Origin: Catajapyx aquilonaris
Taxonomy: Eukaryota
NCBI GenBank assembly: GCA_000934665.2
Contig: JYFJ02002224.1
Span: 1 to 60,836, forward strand
Length of the DNA: 60,836 nt
Reading direction: 5' to 3'
Positions 1 to 11,625 of the stretch are shown piece by piece. The notes beneath the pieces were generated by a model that saw only the letters and a program-made list of their open reading frames with translations, ran no database searches and had not been told where the DNA came from. Each line of letters starts with the position of its first letter. Positions within the stretch are counted from its first letter, which is position 1. Both the position numbers and the translations under genes were made by a program.

Positions 1-521
1 TACAGCGACACTCCCACAAAACAAACTAGAAATTTCATGAAATCATGAAAAACACGTATTCGCACGAAACATCACAGCTACAGCAATGGTATGTATTGCT
101 AACGAGAATAACTCGCACTCAGTATAAGCTTTGAAAGACGTAAATGATAAAGCAAAGCAAGGAAGAAGCGCAGCAAAATATTTTCTGCCAACAGTTACAT
201 ACGATTTAACTAATTGTGCAATGGGAGTAGCAATCAAAAAACTCAATATCAAAAAACCTGATTATGCCATTTTATGCAATCGTTTGTATGAAATAAGTAG
301 ATGCTACCAAAAAAAAATATCTTATTATGATTCAGTCGGGTAAAAGACAAATTAAAGAATCTGCTTGAAATTATGGAAAAAAATTAGCACAGCATCTGTC
401 ATGTTCCCGCCTCACATTTTCCCTTGTCAACTCAAATTCAATTGTAACTCGTTAAAAAAAACACACGATTTGTTCCAAATATACCTGAGGTACTGCTTAT
501 CACATTTTGTTGTATGAAGTA

Positions 522-624
522 CAGGGTGACACACTCGCAGGAAAACATACATCACATGAATAAGGTAAAAGTAAACTGGAAATTATTGCAAAATTCGTGT
601 CAAGGAAGGCAACGAATCACCCTG
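522..624. mobile_element. Possible tiny Tc1/mariner-type MITE
   Basis: TA|CAGGGTGA...TCACCCTG|TA: 8-bp terminal inverted repeat flanked by TA on both sides; lies 3' of the caspase stop. Confidence 0.35.
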
Positions 625-695
625 TACTATACTGTGAGACAAGCAATACCTGGTCCGTCAGTTAAGCAGTTCGGGAAGCCCACTCTCTTCAACCG

Positions 696-2402
696 CTACT
701 TGGGTGTGAAGAAGATGTTTCGAGTCAACATGGTCGTGACGCATGGTATCTGCTTCTTCTGGTGCATTATATGGTCGTTTGGTACGTTCGACTCGAAATG
801 GAAGGCCACCAGCCTGCTGACGTAGGTCAGCATGCTTAGAAGGTCCATGCTGTTTCCGTGTGTATCCAGCACGTGGCACAGGGCTTGGATGAACCAGGAT
901 CCATTCGTGGTGTTGCGCCAGGAGAAATATCCTGCGAATCAATGAAGGTGCATTTACACTTTGCTGCCACCTGACTTAATTAGGTTCTAAATAGGACGCT
1001 GTTGGGAACTGGCATGATCAAAAGTAAGGCAATAAGTGGTGACTGTGACATGTCCCCGCAGCTTACCTGGAATGGTGGAATAGGCAATCAAGAAGTCGGC
1101 ATGGACAGGTATCTTGTACACATCATAGTTGTCGGTGGAAGTCTTCCTCCTCATGGCAATTTCAGCTCCAGGGTCAAGCTGGTCACCTTGGCAGGCCTAA
1201 AATTTTAGCAGAAAATACTGAAACTATCTAACAAATAACCAGGGTCTAGTGTCCAGCAATTTAATGCACATTTTTGACGGAATTATGCACTTCGAGTCAA
1301 AAGCGATTGGCATCCGTGCAGTCATTAGCCCTGATGATCAGGAGTAGAGTGTACTAACTAAAAAAAGTCGTTACCTGAATGAAAAACATTTTCGGCTTTC
1401 CTGCGAGCGTAGGGCAGTTGTTAGCTGTGAAGGGTTCCCACAGCATCTGGGGCTTGTATGGAGCATCTTTCGCATACAACGTACCCATCTCGCCATGAGA
1501 CAGGACAGCAATAAACACACAATCACAGTCTGTGTGATTCGCAAACGCCACTGAAACACCACCAACAATTTCATCAACTCTTTTCATACTAACACCAGAG
1601 AGCATATACTACATAAGAGGCGCAAACTTCTGTCGGCGCCTTTGATGTCCACGTCTCTCTGTTTGGGGCCGTTGCCAAGGCTGGCGGCCATCTTGAAGTG
1701 TGGGGAACGCCAACGAGGTATAAATAGGGTACAGGCAAAAATAGGGTCCGCCATCTTTGATGGTTTTGGCGGCCATGGCAACTACATGGCAAGAACACAC
1801 TCGAATCAAAGATGGCGGACCCTATTTTTGCCTGTACCCTATTTATACCTCGTTGGCGTTCCCCACACTTCAAAATGGCCGCCAGACTTGGCAACAACCC
1901 AGAGACACGGAAATCGAATGTTTGCGCCTCTTATGTAGTATATGCTCCCTGCTAACAATGACTCAAAGGCAAGGTTTATCCTCACGGTTATCAATTTCCT
2001 TTTGAACCTCTACAGCGGTTAGGTCCCGCTTCAGGACCACATCGAAGCCCAGAACCTGTAGCCTCTTCCTCAAGTTGGCCGCATCCACATCCGTCCCATT
2101 CCTTGGCCGCAGATTCAACTTGGGACTGAACTCCTTGTGATTCAAAATGAGCGCGTGACCCCTGCGCGGATGGTTCATCTTATAGTTGGGCTCGTCTGAC
2201 TGCACATCAACGAACGGGATTCCGCCTGGGCCTAACCCACGCGCATCGCTGCAAATTACGCCCATTAGTGATGAGGCTACCTTCGGAAATATTTGCAAAC
2301 GAACCTTCCTCGTCCCCGTGAGTCTGGCGAGTCGCCACCGCCAAGCGGGTCAACACCGTTCTTCGCAATCTTCATCGCATCGGTCTGCATATCGACGTCC
2401 AT
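696..2402 (-). CDS. Effector caspase (caspase-3/7, Drice/Dcp-1-like), 5 coding exons
   Basis: Exons 2402-2305, 2248-1986, 1550-1375, 1196-1067, 931-696 join in frame at GT-AG introns. Motifs: YKMNHPRRGHALILNH, RNGTDVD, LSHG (catalytic His), KPKMFFIQ|ACQG (catalytic Cys), [26 protein letters not shown], KKQIP. Short prodomain with DSPD. A probable non-coding first exon has its donor at about 2705. Confidence 0.92.
1596..1951. mobile_element. Fold-back MITE in caspase intron (P/hAT-like termini)
   Basis: Outer TIR CAG(A/G)GAGCATATACTACATAAGAGGCGCAAAC at both ends; inner about 90-bp inverted repeat (about 1671-1760 vs 1806-1895); flanks CTAACAC / CTAACAA resemble a 7-bp TSD with one mismatch. 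Confidence 0.8.
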
Positions 2403-2897
2403 CGTAAAGCCAACTTATCTGTAAAACACAAGTCGTACAACATGCGGTTAACCCTCTGTGGTGCAACATGCCGGTTTAATTGTAATTTAAAATCTGCCTA
2501 AAAATTTGGCAAAGAATAGAACAATAGAATGCGGTCAATGTTGCAAGTACAAGTACTGCTTTATGACCCTCTCTTTGTCGCTCAATACCTGTACCTGCTG
2601 GAGTACGGACTGGTCCCAGATACGACCCACCAGTAACGCACCTGCTGACCCTCCAGAGGTCAGCTTTTTTGGCCACAAAAAGAGACAAAGGACTTTATGA
2701 CTCACCCTGACACTCAGAGGGGGAAAAAAAATTGCCAGTTCACGTTTCCCCCGCCAGATGTCAGCAGCCTCGTTGTAATATAATCGGCCGGTAGATGGCA
2801 GGAGAATCCGGAAATGGCGGCACAACATGAACAAAACTTGGCAACCGCGGAAGGGTTGGGAACACTGCTTCCGTTGGCGTCCCTTGTCTTCAGAGCG

Positions 2898-3085
2898 ACA
2901 TGGCAACGTTGCGGAATCACATGGCATCGTTGCCATGGCAACGTTGCGACATCACATGGCAACGTCGCGACATCTCATGGCATCGTTGCCAAGGCAACAT
3001 TTTGCGACATCACATGGCAGCGTTGCCATGGAAACATCTGCGACATCCCATGGCAACATTTGCGACATGGCAACATCCAACATGG
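2898..3085. repeat. CATGGCAAC minisatellite containing RFX X-box-like palindromes, between divergent caspase and ZNF genes
   Basis: About 10 CATGGCA(A/T/G)C-like units; GTTGCCATGGCAAC at 2929-2942, GTTGCCAAGGCAAC at 2985-2998, GTTGCCATGGAAAC at 3022-3035. Confidence 0.75.
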
Positions 3086-3156
3086 CGCCGTCCAGTGCGA
3101 GTGGGAGCATGTCGGCTGCGTAGGGATTGAGCTGCGGGTGAGGCACCTGTTGCGCG

Positions 3157-4123
3157 ATGGAGGCCTCCAGCAGCGGGTGGCGGCAGATGGTTGCGCAGGT
3201 ACGCACAGCAAAGGGTAGTACACACACAATGTCTTGTGGATGTACTTACCATGGCTGTTCTTTTCTCAGGTCCCCGTGATGACAGCAGGCGGTGGAACCC
3301 AATTAGTTGCGCAGCCCTGCCTGTTAGCCCACGTGTTTCCCAAGATTAGTTGGACCTCGGGTGTCGTTGACATGTTTGATCAGTTCTTGGACGTGGAGAT
3401 TGCGAAGGAGCGTCGACAAGCGCAACCGGCGGCATTGTCAGCAGGAACATCAATTTACATAGTAAAGCGGTTTTTTGACTTGTTTTGCTCGTTATAACGT
3501 TGTGTGGGCCATATTTGGGATGTTACTTATTGCTCCCCTGCACATTTCAGAAGCAAGAAGTGATGGACGCTGGTTACAACGATGAGACACCAACTCTGAA
3601 GGATGCTGCGGTTACCTACAAGTGGAAGAAGAAAAATTATTATAAGAGCGAAACATGCAGCCAGAGCAAAATCAAGCATGAAGCATCATCTGCAACCGAC
3701 AACGGGATGCCGCAGCTTTCCGAGCAGGCTGATATAAAACCATCATTTCCGACTAATGGGTGTGTTTCGGAGGACCATGCTATTGTTAATTTCAAGGGAC
3801 GTAGTTGCAAGCGAGAAAGTTTCACGCTAAATGTACCTGAGAGGAGTTGTAGGAAAGGAAACGCAAAGTCTGACACAAAACCAAAAAGTTGCACCGAGCC
3901 AGAGTCTAAAAAGCCAAAGATGGGCCGTACTGCTGCAAATAGTACTAAGCTACCTCCATATCGCTGTGATACATGTGACAAAGCTTTTTATTGCGAACAT
4001 AACCTGATTGCTCACAAAAAGGAGGCAAGTCTTCCCCTGGCATGTCGCAAATGCTGCAAAGTATTTAGCTGGAAACGTAATCTTGCCAATCACAAGTGCA
4101 AAGGACAGGCCAAAGTGACGTAA
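3157..4123 (+). CDS. Small zinc-finger protein (about 268 aa; two C-terminal C2H2-like fingers)
   Basis: Exons 3157-3198, 3270-3461, 3551-4123 join in phase 0 (junction creates IYI|KQE). Fingers CDTCDKAFYCEHNLIAH and CRKCCKVFSWKRNLANHKC. The 5' exons are less certain than the last exon. Confidence 0.6.
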
Positions 4124-4419
4124 TCCTCCCGAAGAATCGAACTTGGCCTGTTCACGTTGAATAAGGCTGTGATATTTGTTTCAATGCATTTATTGTTATT
4201 AATGGCAAATTTATGATCTCAGGAAAATACTGCAAGCAATTTTTAGCAATGCACCAAGTCATTCTCGACACGAAGGACCACCATGAGAAAAATGGTGAAA
4301 AGTTCAATTTTCGTTTCGTTTATTTTTCTTTTATGTTCAACAGTTGTCATATCGACAAAATGGAAGCCTTACGGTACATGGAAAAGGCTCAATTTCGCAA
4401 AAGACTGAAGCAGTTCTGC

Positions 4420-4678
4420 CAAGGGGCAAATCACTCGTCAAGTCCGTTGTACGGTTGGCGCCAAGTCCGGGCTCAAGTCCTACAAGTCCGGGCCCAAGTC
4501 CTCCAAGTCCGAGCCCAAGTCTCATAAGTCCAGGCCCAAGTCCAATAAGTCCGGGCCCAAGTCCGATAAGTCCGGGCCCAAGTCCGATAAGACCGGGCCC
4601 AAGTCCGACAAGTCTGAGCCCAAGTCCGGCTCTTTACAAGTCCGTTGTACGCTCAACTGCCGAGTGATTTACCCCATG
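4420..4678. mobile_element. P-element-like MITE with internal 21-bp tandem array
   Basis: TIR CA(A/T)GGGG(C/T)AAATCACTCG at both ends; perfect 8-bp TSD AGTTCTGC (4412-4419 and 4679-4686); interior is about 8 copies of AAGTCCGGGCCCAAGTCCGAT-like units. Confidence 0.85.
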
Positions 4679-5740
4679 AGTTCTGCTTGTAGCAGATTAG
4701 TAATAATCATTGCCATCATAATTATTATGAAACATGGTTTGTAAGGCTTTGCAGGTCATGCAATAATTATGACATTTAATATGTTGGTTTGCAAGTGCCT
4801 TTGTGTGAGTCATGTACCGCACTCGCCTATATAGTCCACAGCCGGTCGACAGTATTGTTTTTTTTACATGTTGATGCGTCGGTATTTTACACTAATTGCT
4901 ATTTTTAGCTGTACAAATTTTGTGCCATGAAAATATTGTTCCTTACGACACCAATGACCTGCTGAAGCCCATCATCAGGTGTTACCATGTGGTAACAATT
5001 TAATTATTATTTATTCAGACATAGCAAATAAAGTTTTTATCATGTTTTATGTGGATATAAAGCAAATGAAGGTTTTATGCGAACAAAATAAGTTTTGATA
5101 ATGTTTATACGGACAGAGAAAATGAAGTTTTGATAATGAATCAACAAAATAAGAGAAAATGAAGTTTTGATCATGTTTAATGTGAATAAAGTTATGATCT
5201 TCCAACCTGCTTTTTTTTAAATTATAATATTTTGATAAGCTGTCACTGATATTGCATTTTTGTGTTGTTGCATTGTTAATATTTTACCATTGATTGGTAA
5301 TTTAGGACCAGATTCCAGAGAGTCAAGTCATCATACTGTCCTTCTTTGTGCACCGCAGGCCAACAAACATTATTGCGGCTTGGCCAATCGCTGGAATGTG
5401 CTTGGCAAAGCCACAGTAACATTAATTTTTAATAGATGTGCTCCTATAGCATCCTTCAGTGCTCTTGTAATGGTTTGCGGAGCTTTGCGGTTTACAGTGT
5501 AAGCTCCACTTACTGCATCGCACTTGTACGATCGACACTTCATTCCTAAGGACACGTTAGCAAACACGTAGGGACCTCGAAAGGTTCATGTTGTTTCCCA
5601 AGCTGATGGCCATCATGAGTTTCCGGGAACCATTCTCGTACCATTATTATATCAATAATTAAATGCTGGCGGCTAAGTGCACTTCGCTCTAAGTGCGCAC
5701 AATGCACATTAATCGGGACTGCTACACTTAGACTTCATGA

Positions 5741-6753
5741 TTTATTCCGGTTGGACATTCCAGCAAGTATCTGCCCATCTTCCCCTTCCGAATTACCAAT
5801 TCCACAGATCCGCCTTCTTATGCCAACTATCCCTGGCTGACTAGCCAGGATCAGATGACCGACTTTTCTACTGTTCCGCCTCAGCTGCTGTCCAGACTTT
5901 GGCCTGGCTTGTCCTGCACTTTTCATCTGATGATGCCCACACGTGTAGGAACACTCGCACGAATGATCATGCACGCAGCTTCTCTTATGAAGATGGACCC
6001 AGGAGAAGACAAGTTCCTCATTCACTTTAACCAGACTGAAGAAATTGATAAAGTCGTGTCCGACTCTCCACCTGCAACAATGTCCCTTAGACTTAATGTG
6101 ATGACCACATATCAATCGGGACAGCTCAAGATGGACACTGTCTGCTTCTTCTGCGCTGACGGTGGTCATCCAGAGATGCTTCATTTAGGTGTGTTTGATC
6201 CATCAAAATGTATGTCGCTCTTTAAAGACAACGACATTAAAAGGACAAACAGTAAAATTCTACCCGGCTCATGAAACGGGTTCAACTTGGCGATAGTTTG
6301 CAGCAGTGTTTGGACACGACACGGGATGAGGATGTTGTGTGCTATGGTTCAAGCCTGCTTTTGAGTCGTGAAGTCTATCGGCACAGAAGCAGCGACGGGA
6401 CATGTCATCTTCAGTACCTGACAGACCGATGGTTGCCTGGGTACGTCTTCGCTGCCGTGTCCAAAGGAAACACGCAGCTGTTTCACATGCTGAAGAAAAT
6501 TCTTAGACTTTTTTCAGAGAGTAATTTAATGGACACGATCGTCGAGCAAGAGCAGTACATGGACTTCATTCGAAGCCTGAAGGACATTAGAGCAAAGGAA
6601 GAATCAAGTGATTACGTTCAGGAAGAAGTAATTACAAGAGCAAAATTTGGTGCAGTGATTAATATTTGGTTGGCGGGACTGCTGGGAAGTTTCGTGGTCC
6701 TGTTGGTAGAAATTGCGACCTTTTGCTGCAATAACAATGTAAATATGGTGTAG
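5741..6753 (+). pseudogene. Internally deleted divergent ionotropic receptor (IR) pseudogene
   Basis: 5855-6274 encodes an IR N-terminal region (GEDKFLI...CFFCADGGHP...GVFDP, matching GRDKFVV...CHFCKGGHP...GWFDP of the IR at 50775-52796). 6271-6753, in another frame, encodes the S2 lobe and last TM helix (FGAVINIWLAGLLGSFVVLLVEI). S1, M1, pore and M2 are absent; in-frame TGA at 5738. Confidence 0.7.
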
Positions 6754-6793
6754 ACCTGATCTTGGGGGATAGAGTGAACCCGGTTATTAAGCA

Positions 6794-6861
6794 GCGATGC
6801 GGTCACGACATGTGTACTAGAACATAATATGTTCTAGTACACATGTTGTGACACGCATCGC
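6794..6861. repeat. Near-perfect 68-bp palindrome
   Basis: GCGATGCG-GTCACGACATGTGTACTAGAACATA a TATGTTCTAGTACACATGTTGTGACACGCATCGC. Confidence 0.85.
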
Positions 6862-6887
6862 CGCACTTTTCCTTGCAAGCCTAACAA

Positions 6888-8593
6888 TCATGTGGCTTTT
6901 CTTGGATGCGAGCAATCATGTCTTTTTAAAGCCATCGAGCGACTAAATGTTTTCCCACAAATATCACAACAGTAGGGTGTCTCTACCATGTGAATTCTGA
7001 CATGTGCGGAGAGAGCAGATGAACCACTGAATGATGCCTTGCAAAACTGGCAGGAAATCTTGTGCTTCTTGCGCATGTGTGATTCCAAATTTGATTTATC
7101 CGCATACGCTGCTTTCATGCAAATATGGCACTCATGTAGCTTTTCTCGGGTGTGAGGAATCATATGGTGTTCAAAATCAGTTGAGCCGCTAAACTCTTTC
7201 TCACAAATATCAGAACCATCAGGTTCCTCTTTCGTGTAAATTCTGACATGTGCAGACAGAGCAGATGAAGTTTTGAAGATTCCCTTGCAAACAGGACATC
7301 GAAATTGTCTCTCTTTAAGGTGGGTTTTCATATGGATATTCAAAGCATTTTGTTGAACAAATGATGCCTTACAAATCTGACAGCTAAATGGTCTCTCACC
7401 TGTGTGCAACCGCATGTGTATTTTCATATTATAATGTGATGCAAACTTTTTCTCACAAACATGACAATTACGCGACTTTTTTTTCACATGTCTCTTAAAA
7501 TGTCTTTCAAAATCAGTTGCGAGACTAAACTCTTCCCCACATATATCACAAGCGTAAGGTATCACTCCCGAGTGAATTCTGAGATGTGCGGTCAGAAGAG
7601 AAGCATCATCAAATGTTACCTTACAAATACCACAATCAAATGGTCTCTCACCAGTGTGGATTTTCATATGTGTTTTCAAATAAGATAAATAACTAAATGA
7701 TGCCTCACAAACTTCACAGCTACACTGTTTCCCCCCTGTGTGCTTGAGCATGTGTGTTTTAAGATCAAATAGATCATTGTACTTCTTATTGCAGACATGG
7801 CAATCATATGTCTTCCCTCCTGTGTGAGACGCAAATTGTCTTTTTAACTCCTTCCTCTTCTTCAAGTTTTCTTCATGCTGTTGTTCCTGCAATAAGCAAA
7901 AATAGACTGTTGGTACACTTTGCCATCATTACAGGTCAAGCAGTATTTTCTTTCTTCTTCCTTTCCTGGCCCTGTGCAGAGTAGGGAGTGCAATTCTGCC
8001 CCGGGATGTCGGGTGAAAAGCGGAAAAAGACTCGGCCAAGCAGAGGTGACAGGGACGGGATTTGAACCCCGGCCTCCCGATTGGCTGGCCAGTGGCGTAA
8101 CCACCAGACCACCATGCCTCCCTCCAAAATGTTATAACTTACGGGGTTTGCGCAATGGCGATAATGTAACATTAAATTCTAAATCCATCGTCAAAAAAAA
8201 GGATATGTCCACCTGGCATTCTTTTGTACTTTACGTAATTGATTTTTGAGGGATGCATGTATCATAAGCAACATGGACAATCATGCCTACCCTTGAAAGT
8301 ACCTCATGCATCACGTCAGAATGTATCTGATGCAGCGTGTGACGTACCTTACGAAAGACGCCATGTGAAATGTCTAACGGATCATGTTCAAAACGAGTGA
8401 CATTTGCCACAGCAACCAGTTCCTCTTCCTCCACTGGCTCCACTTTGACATCCTCTTCTCTGACGGCGGGAAGGCCCTCGTAGAAGGATGCAGAGGGCTC
8501 CTCCTTCAGCCGCAACTTCCAGTCCTCCTCCGTGGTGATGCTCCCTTCATCATCATCTTCTACAACCAATTCCTTTTTGATTTCCAATGACAT
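6888..8593 (-). CDS. C2H2 zinc-finger protein, family A copy 1 (acidic N-exon + 11 finger units, 2 degenerate)
   Basis: Exon 8593-8348 (MSLEIKKE...FEHDPLDISH) spliced in phase 0 to exon 7886-6888 with tandem CxxC..HxxxH fingers and TGERP linkers. Confidence 0.9.
7944..8122 (-). mobile_element. tRNA-derived SINE in ZNF intron
   Basis: Minus strand GGGAGGCATGGTGGTCTGGTGG (A box) ... GGTTCAAATCCC (B box), non-tRNA body, GAA-rich tail; absent from paralogous introns. Confidence 0.75.
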
Positions 8594-8810
8594 GCCCCTG
8601 GAATATAAACACAGTATGACTATGACATCTAGGAACACATGTATATTGTTTGTGTACCACTAGTGAACACTTGATATGTTAACACTGGTGGCCTCCTTCT
8701 TCCAACCCACCTGCTCATCCTTCCCACTGTTGCTTTGTGCCCGATCCTTCCCCAAATTGACGGAAAAGCGAAGGAAACTCAAAGAGAAGCAGCTGAAGAT
8801 GTCTTCTAAA

Positions 8811-8890
8811 GAGACGCCATCTTGGATCATGTGGGGGTGCATTCCCACCACCGCGCCAAACAACGGACAGGAAATGGCTTTAAACGCTAT
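8811..8890 (-). promoter_or_regulatory. Family-A promoter module (GGTGGGAATGCA ... CCAAGATGGCG, YY1/Pho-like)
   Basis: The same block recurs upstream of family-A first coding exons at about 15353, 21104, 24250, 27024 and 30088; AAGATGGCG matches the YY1/Pleiohomeotic consensus. Confidence 0.6.
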
Positions 8891-9248
8891 TTGAAGGAAC
8901 ACCGATAACAAGTCACTGCTACTATCACAGTATGACTGTTTACGTTGCCAATGAGTCTCACGCAGTACTTATTGTCATTTGCGCATGTCGTTTATTCTGC
9001 ATATTGTACAGAGCATTACATGGATATGAAGCAATTACAAAATTATTAACTTAACAAGGGTTTACAATGACTAATTGAAGCGGGTCTGGGGATTCAGAAT
9101 AAGACCACTCGTCGACGAGTGCTAGACCATGGGAGCTCAAATGACAGGAGATGAAATCATGGCAGCCTAATGCTTCTCTCCTCTGGGCTTGGGCATGTCA
9201 CTACTCAAACTTGATGGAAGGACACACTTTTCCTTGCAAGCCTAACAA

Positions 9249-10818
9249 TCATGTGGCTATTCCTGGATGCGAGCAATCATGTCTTTTTAAAGCCATCGAG
9301 CGACTAAATGTTTTCCCACAAACATCACAACAGTAAGGTTTCTCTACCATGTGAATTCTGACATGTGCGGAGAGAGCAGATGAACCACAGAATGCCGCCT
9401 TGCAAAACTGGCAAGAAAAGTGTGTGTGCTCGCGCATGTGTTTTTCCAAACCTGTCCTAGCCATAAACGTTTTCATGCAAATATGACACTCATATGGCAT
9501 TACTCGGGTGTGAGCAATCATATCAGTTGAGCCACTAAACTCTTTCCCACAAATATCAGAACCATCAGGGTTCTTTTTCGTGTAAATTCTGATATGTGCA
9601 GACAGAGCAGAGGAATCACTGAAGATTGCCTTGCAAACCGGACATCGAAATGGCCTCTCTTTAGGGTGGCTTCTCATGTGGGTTTTCAAAACTCCTTGAT
9701 AACCAAATGATGCCCTACAAATCTGACAGCTAAATGGTCTCTCACCTGTGTGCGACCGCATGTGTCTTTTCAAAGCAGAAGGTGATGCACACTTTCTCTC
9801 ACAAACATGACAATTACGTGACTTTCGTACGAGAGCTTTCACATGTCTTTTAAAATGTCTTTCAAAATTAGTTGAGCGACTCAACTCTTTCCCACAAACA
9901 TCACAAGAATAAGGTTTCACTCCCGAGTGAATTCTGAGGTGTGTGGTCAGATAAGAAGCATCGTCATATGTTACCTTACATATACCACAACCAAATGGTC
10001 TCTCACCAGTACGGATTTTCATGTGTGTTTCCAAATAAGATAAATAACTAAATGATGCCTCACAAACTTCACAGCTACACTGATTCCCCCCTGCGTGCTT
10101 GAGCACGTGTGTTTTAAGATCAGATGGATCAATATACTTCTTATTGCAGACATAGCAATCATATGTCTTTCCTCCTGTGTGAGACGCAAAATGTCTCTTT
10201 AACTCCTTCCTCTTCTTCAAATTTTCTTCATCAGTCTGTTGTTGTTCCTGCAATAAGCAAAAATAGACTGTTGGTACACTTTGCCATCACTACAGGTCAA
10301 GCAGTTAATAAACTACTGTGCATACTGGATGCTGCTTTGAATAGTTTAATCAAAATAATGTAACTTACATTAGATTTTCAATCTGTCGTCTTAAAAAAAA
10401 AGCATGTTTTCTATGTTCACCTGACATTCTTTCGTACTCTAATTCCTCATTAATTTTTTTTTGAGTGATACATGCATCATATGTGACATTGATAACCGTG
10501 AGGACAGTGTACTTTTAGCTTTTATGCCTACCCATGAAAGTAACTCAAGCATCATGTCAGAATTGAACAGTGACGTACCATATGGAAGACGCCATGGGAA
10601 ATGTCTAGCGGATCCTGTTCAAAATGAGTGACATCTGCCACAGCAACCAGTTCCTCTTCCTCCACTGGCTCCACTTTGACATCCTCTTCTTTGACGGTGG
10701 TAAGGCCCTCGTAGAATGACGCAGAGGGCTCCTCCTTCAGCCGCAACTTCCACTCCTCCTCTGTGGTGATGCTACTTCCATCATCATCTTCCTCTTCTTT
10801 TTTGATTGCCAACGACAT
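9249..10818 (-). CDS. C2H2 zinc-finger protein, family A copy 2
   Basis: Exons 10818-10579 and 10247-9249, phase 0, open frame, 11 finger units; upstream promoter block is truncated at about 11030. Confidence 0.85.
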
Positions 10819-11134
10819 GCCCCTGGAAAATAAACACAGAATGGCATCTAGGAACATGACATTAAGAATATTGTTTGTGTACTACTAGTGAACACTTGAT
10901 ATGTTAACACTGTGCTGCTTCTTGGCCTCCTCCTTCCGACCCACCTGCTCATCCTTCCCACTGTTGCTGTTGTGCCCAATCCTTCCCCAAATTGACGGAA
11001 AAGCGAAGGAAACTCAAAGAGGAACTGATGTTTAGAATTTTGTTGGTGATTACCATAGAAACAGGTGGTGTGAAGAACGGGTTCCACTGCTAGGGTTAGT
11101 AATAATAAATGACTTCCTTTTTTGGGGGGGAAAA

Positions 11135-11625
11135 TTTGATGCATGAAAATAATACTGTTACATGCGTGGACTTCACAAAGTGCAAAAAAAACAACAACTT
11201 TGGATTTGCAGTCTCTGGTACTGTACGTGGATCTGGCTGCTCTTCACATATAAGTGCAATTGATCAAAACAGGGTCCAATATCTTATTGCTAATTTGTAT
11301 GCAAATTGGCACACGTTTGTCTCTGAGCCTACTGACGATGAGGATGATCCCATTAGCCGTAACTCATAAAAGCCACGATATTAAGGTACATCAATGACAT
11401 GCACTGATATAAAGCGTCAAATTGTTCCATTACTTCTGTCCATTTTTCTAGAGATTAACCCGAAGTTGCAGAAGGATCAAAACAGAAGCTTTTCAGAGAA
11501 GGAAAAGGCGTCGCTTTCACCTAGGTGTCTTGCAATGGGCTGTTATCGACAGACATGCGGTGAACACTTGAGGCGGAGAGTGATTGGTAAAATACTTCCA
11601 TTACATGTAGTTTACTGCTTTGCCC
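11135..11625 (+). pseudogene. Degenerate partial copy of the Tc1-fusion gene (end of exon 1, intron 1, exon 2)
   Basis: GAGGATGATCCCATTAGCCGTAACTCATAAA...AAGGTACATCAA...ATGGGCTGTTATCGACAGACATGCGGTGAACACTTGAGGCGGAGAGTGATTGGTAAA matches 43419-43690; the 5' part matches about 42610-42750; frameshifted and truncated. Confidence 0.75.

Noticed and set aside
2814..3218. 134-aa ORF and overlapping ORFs across the CATGGCAAC array
   Set aside because: Products of the repeat; splicing from the 2814 ATG to downstream acceptors meets stop codons, whereas the 3157 start gives a continuous frame
4344..4667. ORF with SPGPSP repeats / CRISPR-like regular array
   Set aside because: Repeats are contiguous without unique spacers and lie inside a TIR/TSD-bounded MITE; eukaryotic context, no cas genes
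8050..8122. tRNA-like sequences here and at about 50106, 55160-55230 and 56300-56370
   Set aside because: A and B boxes are present, but I could not form a proper acceptor stem; each continues into a SINE body, one with a clear TSD
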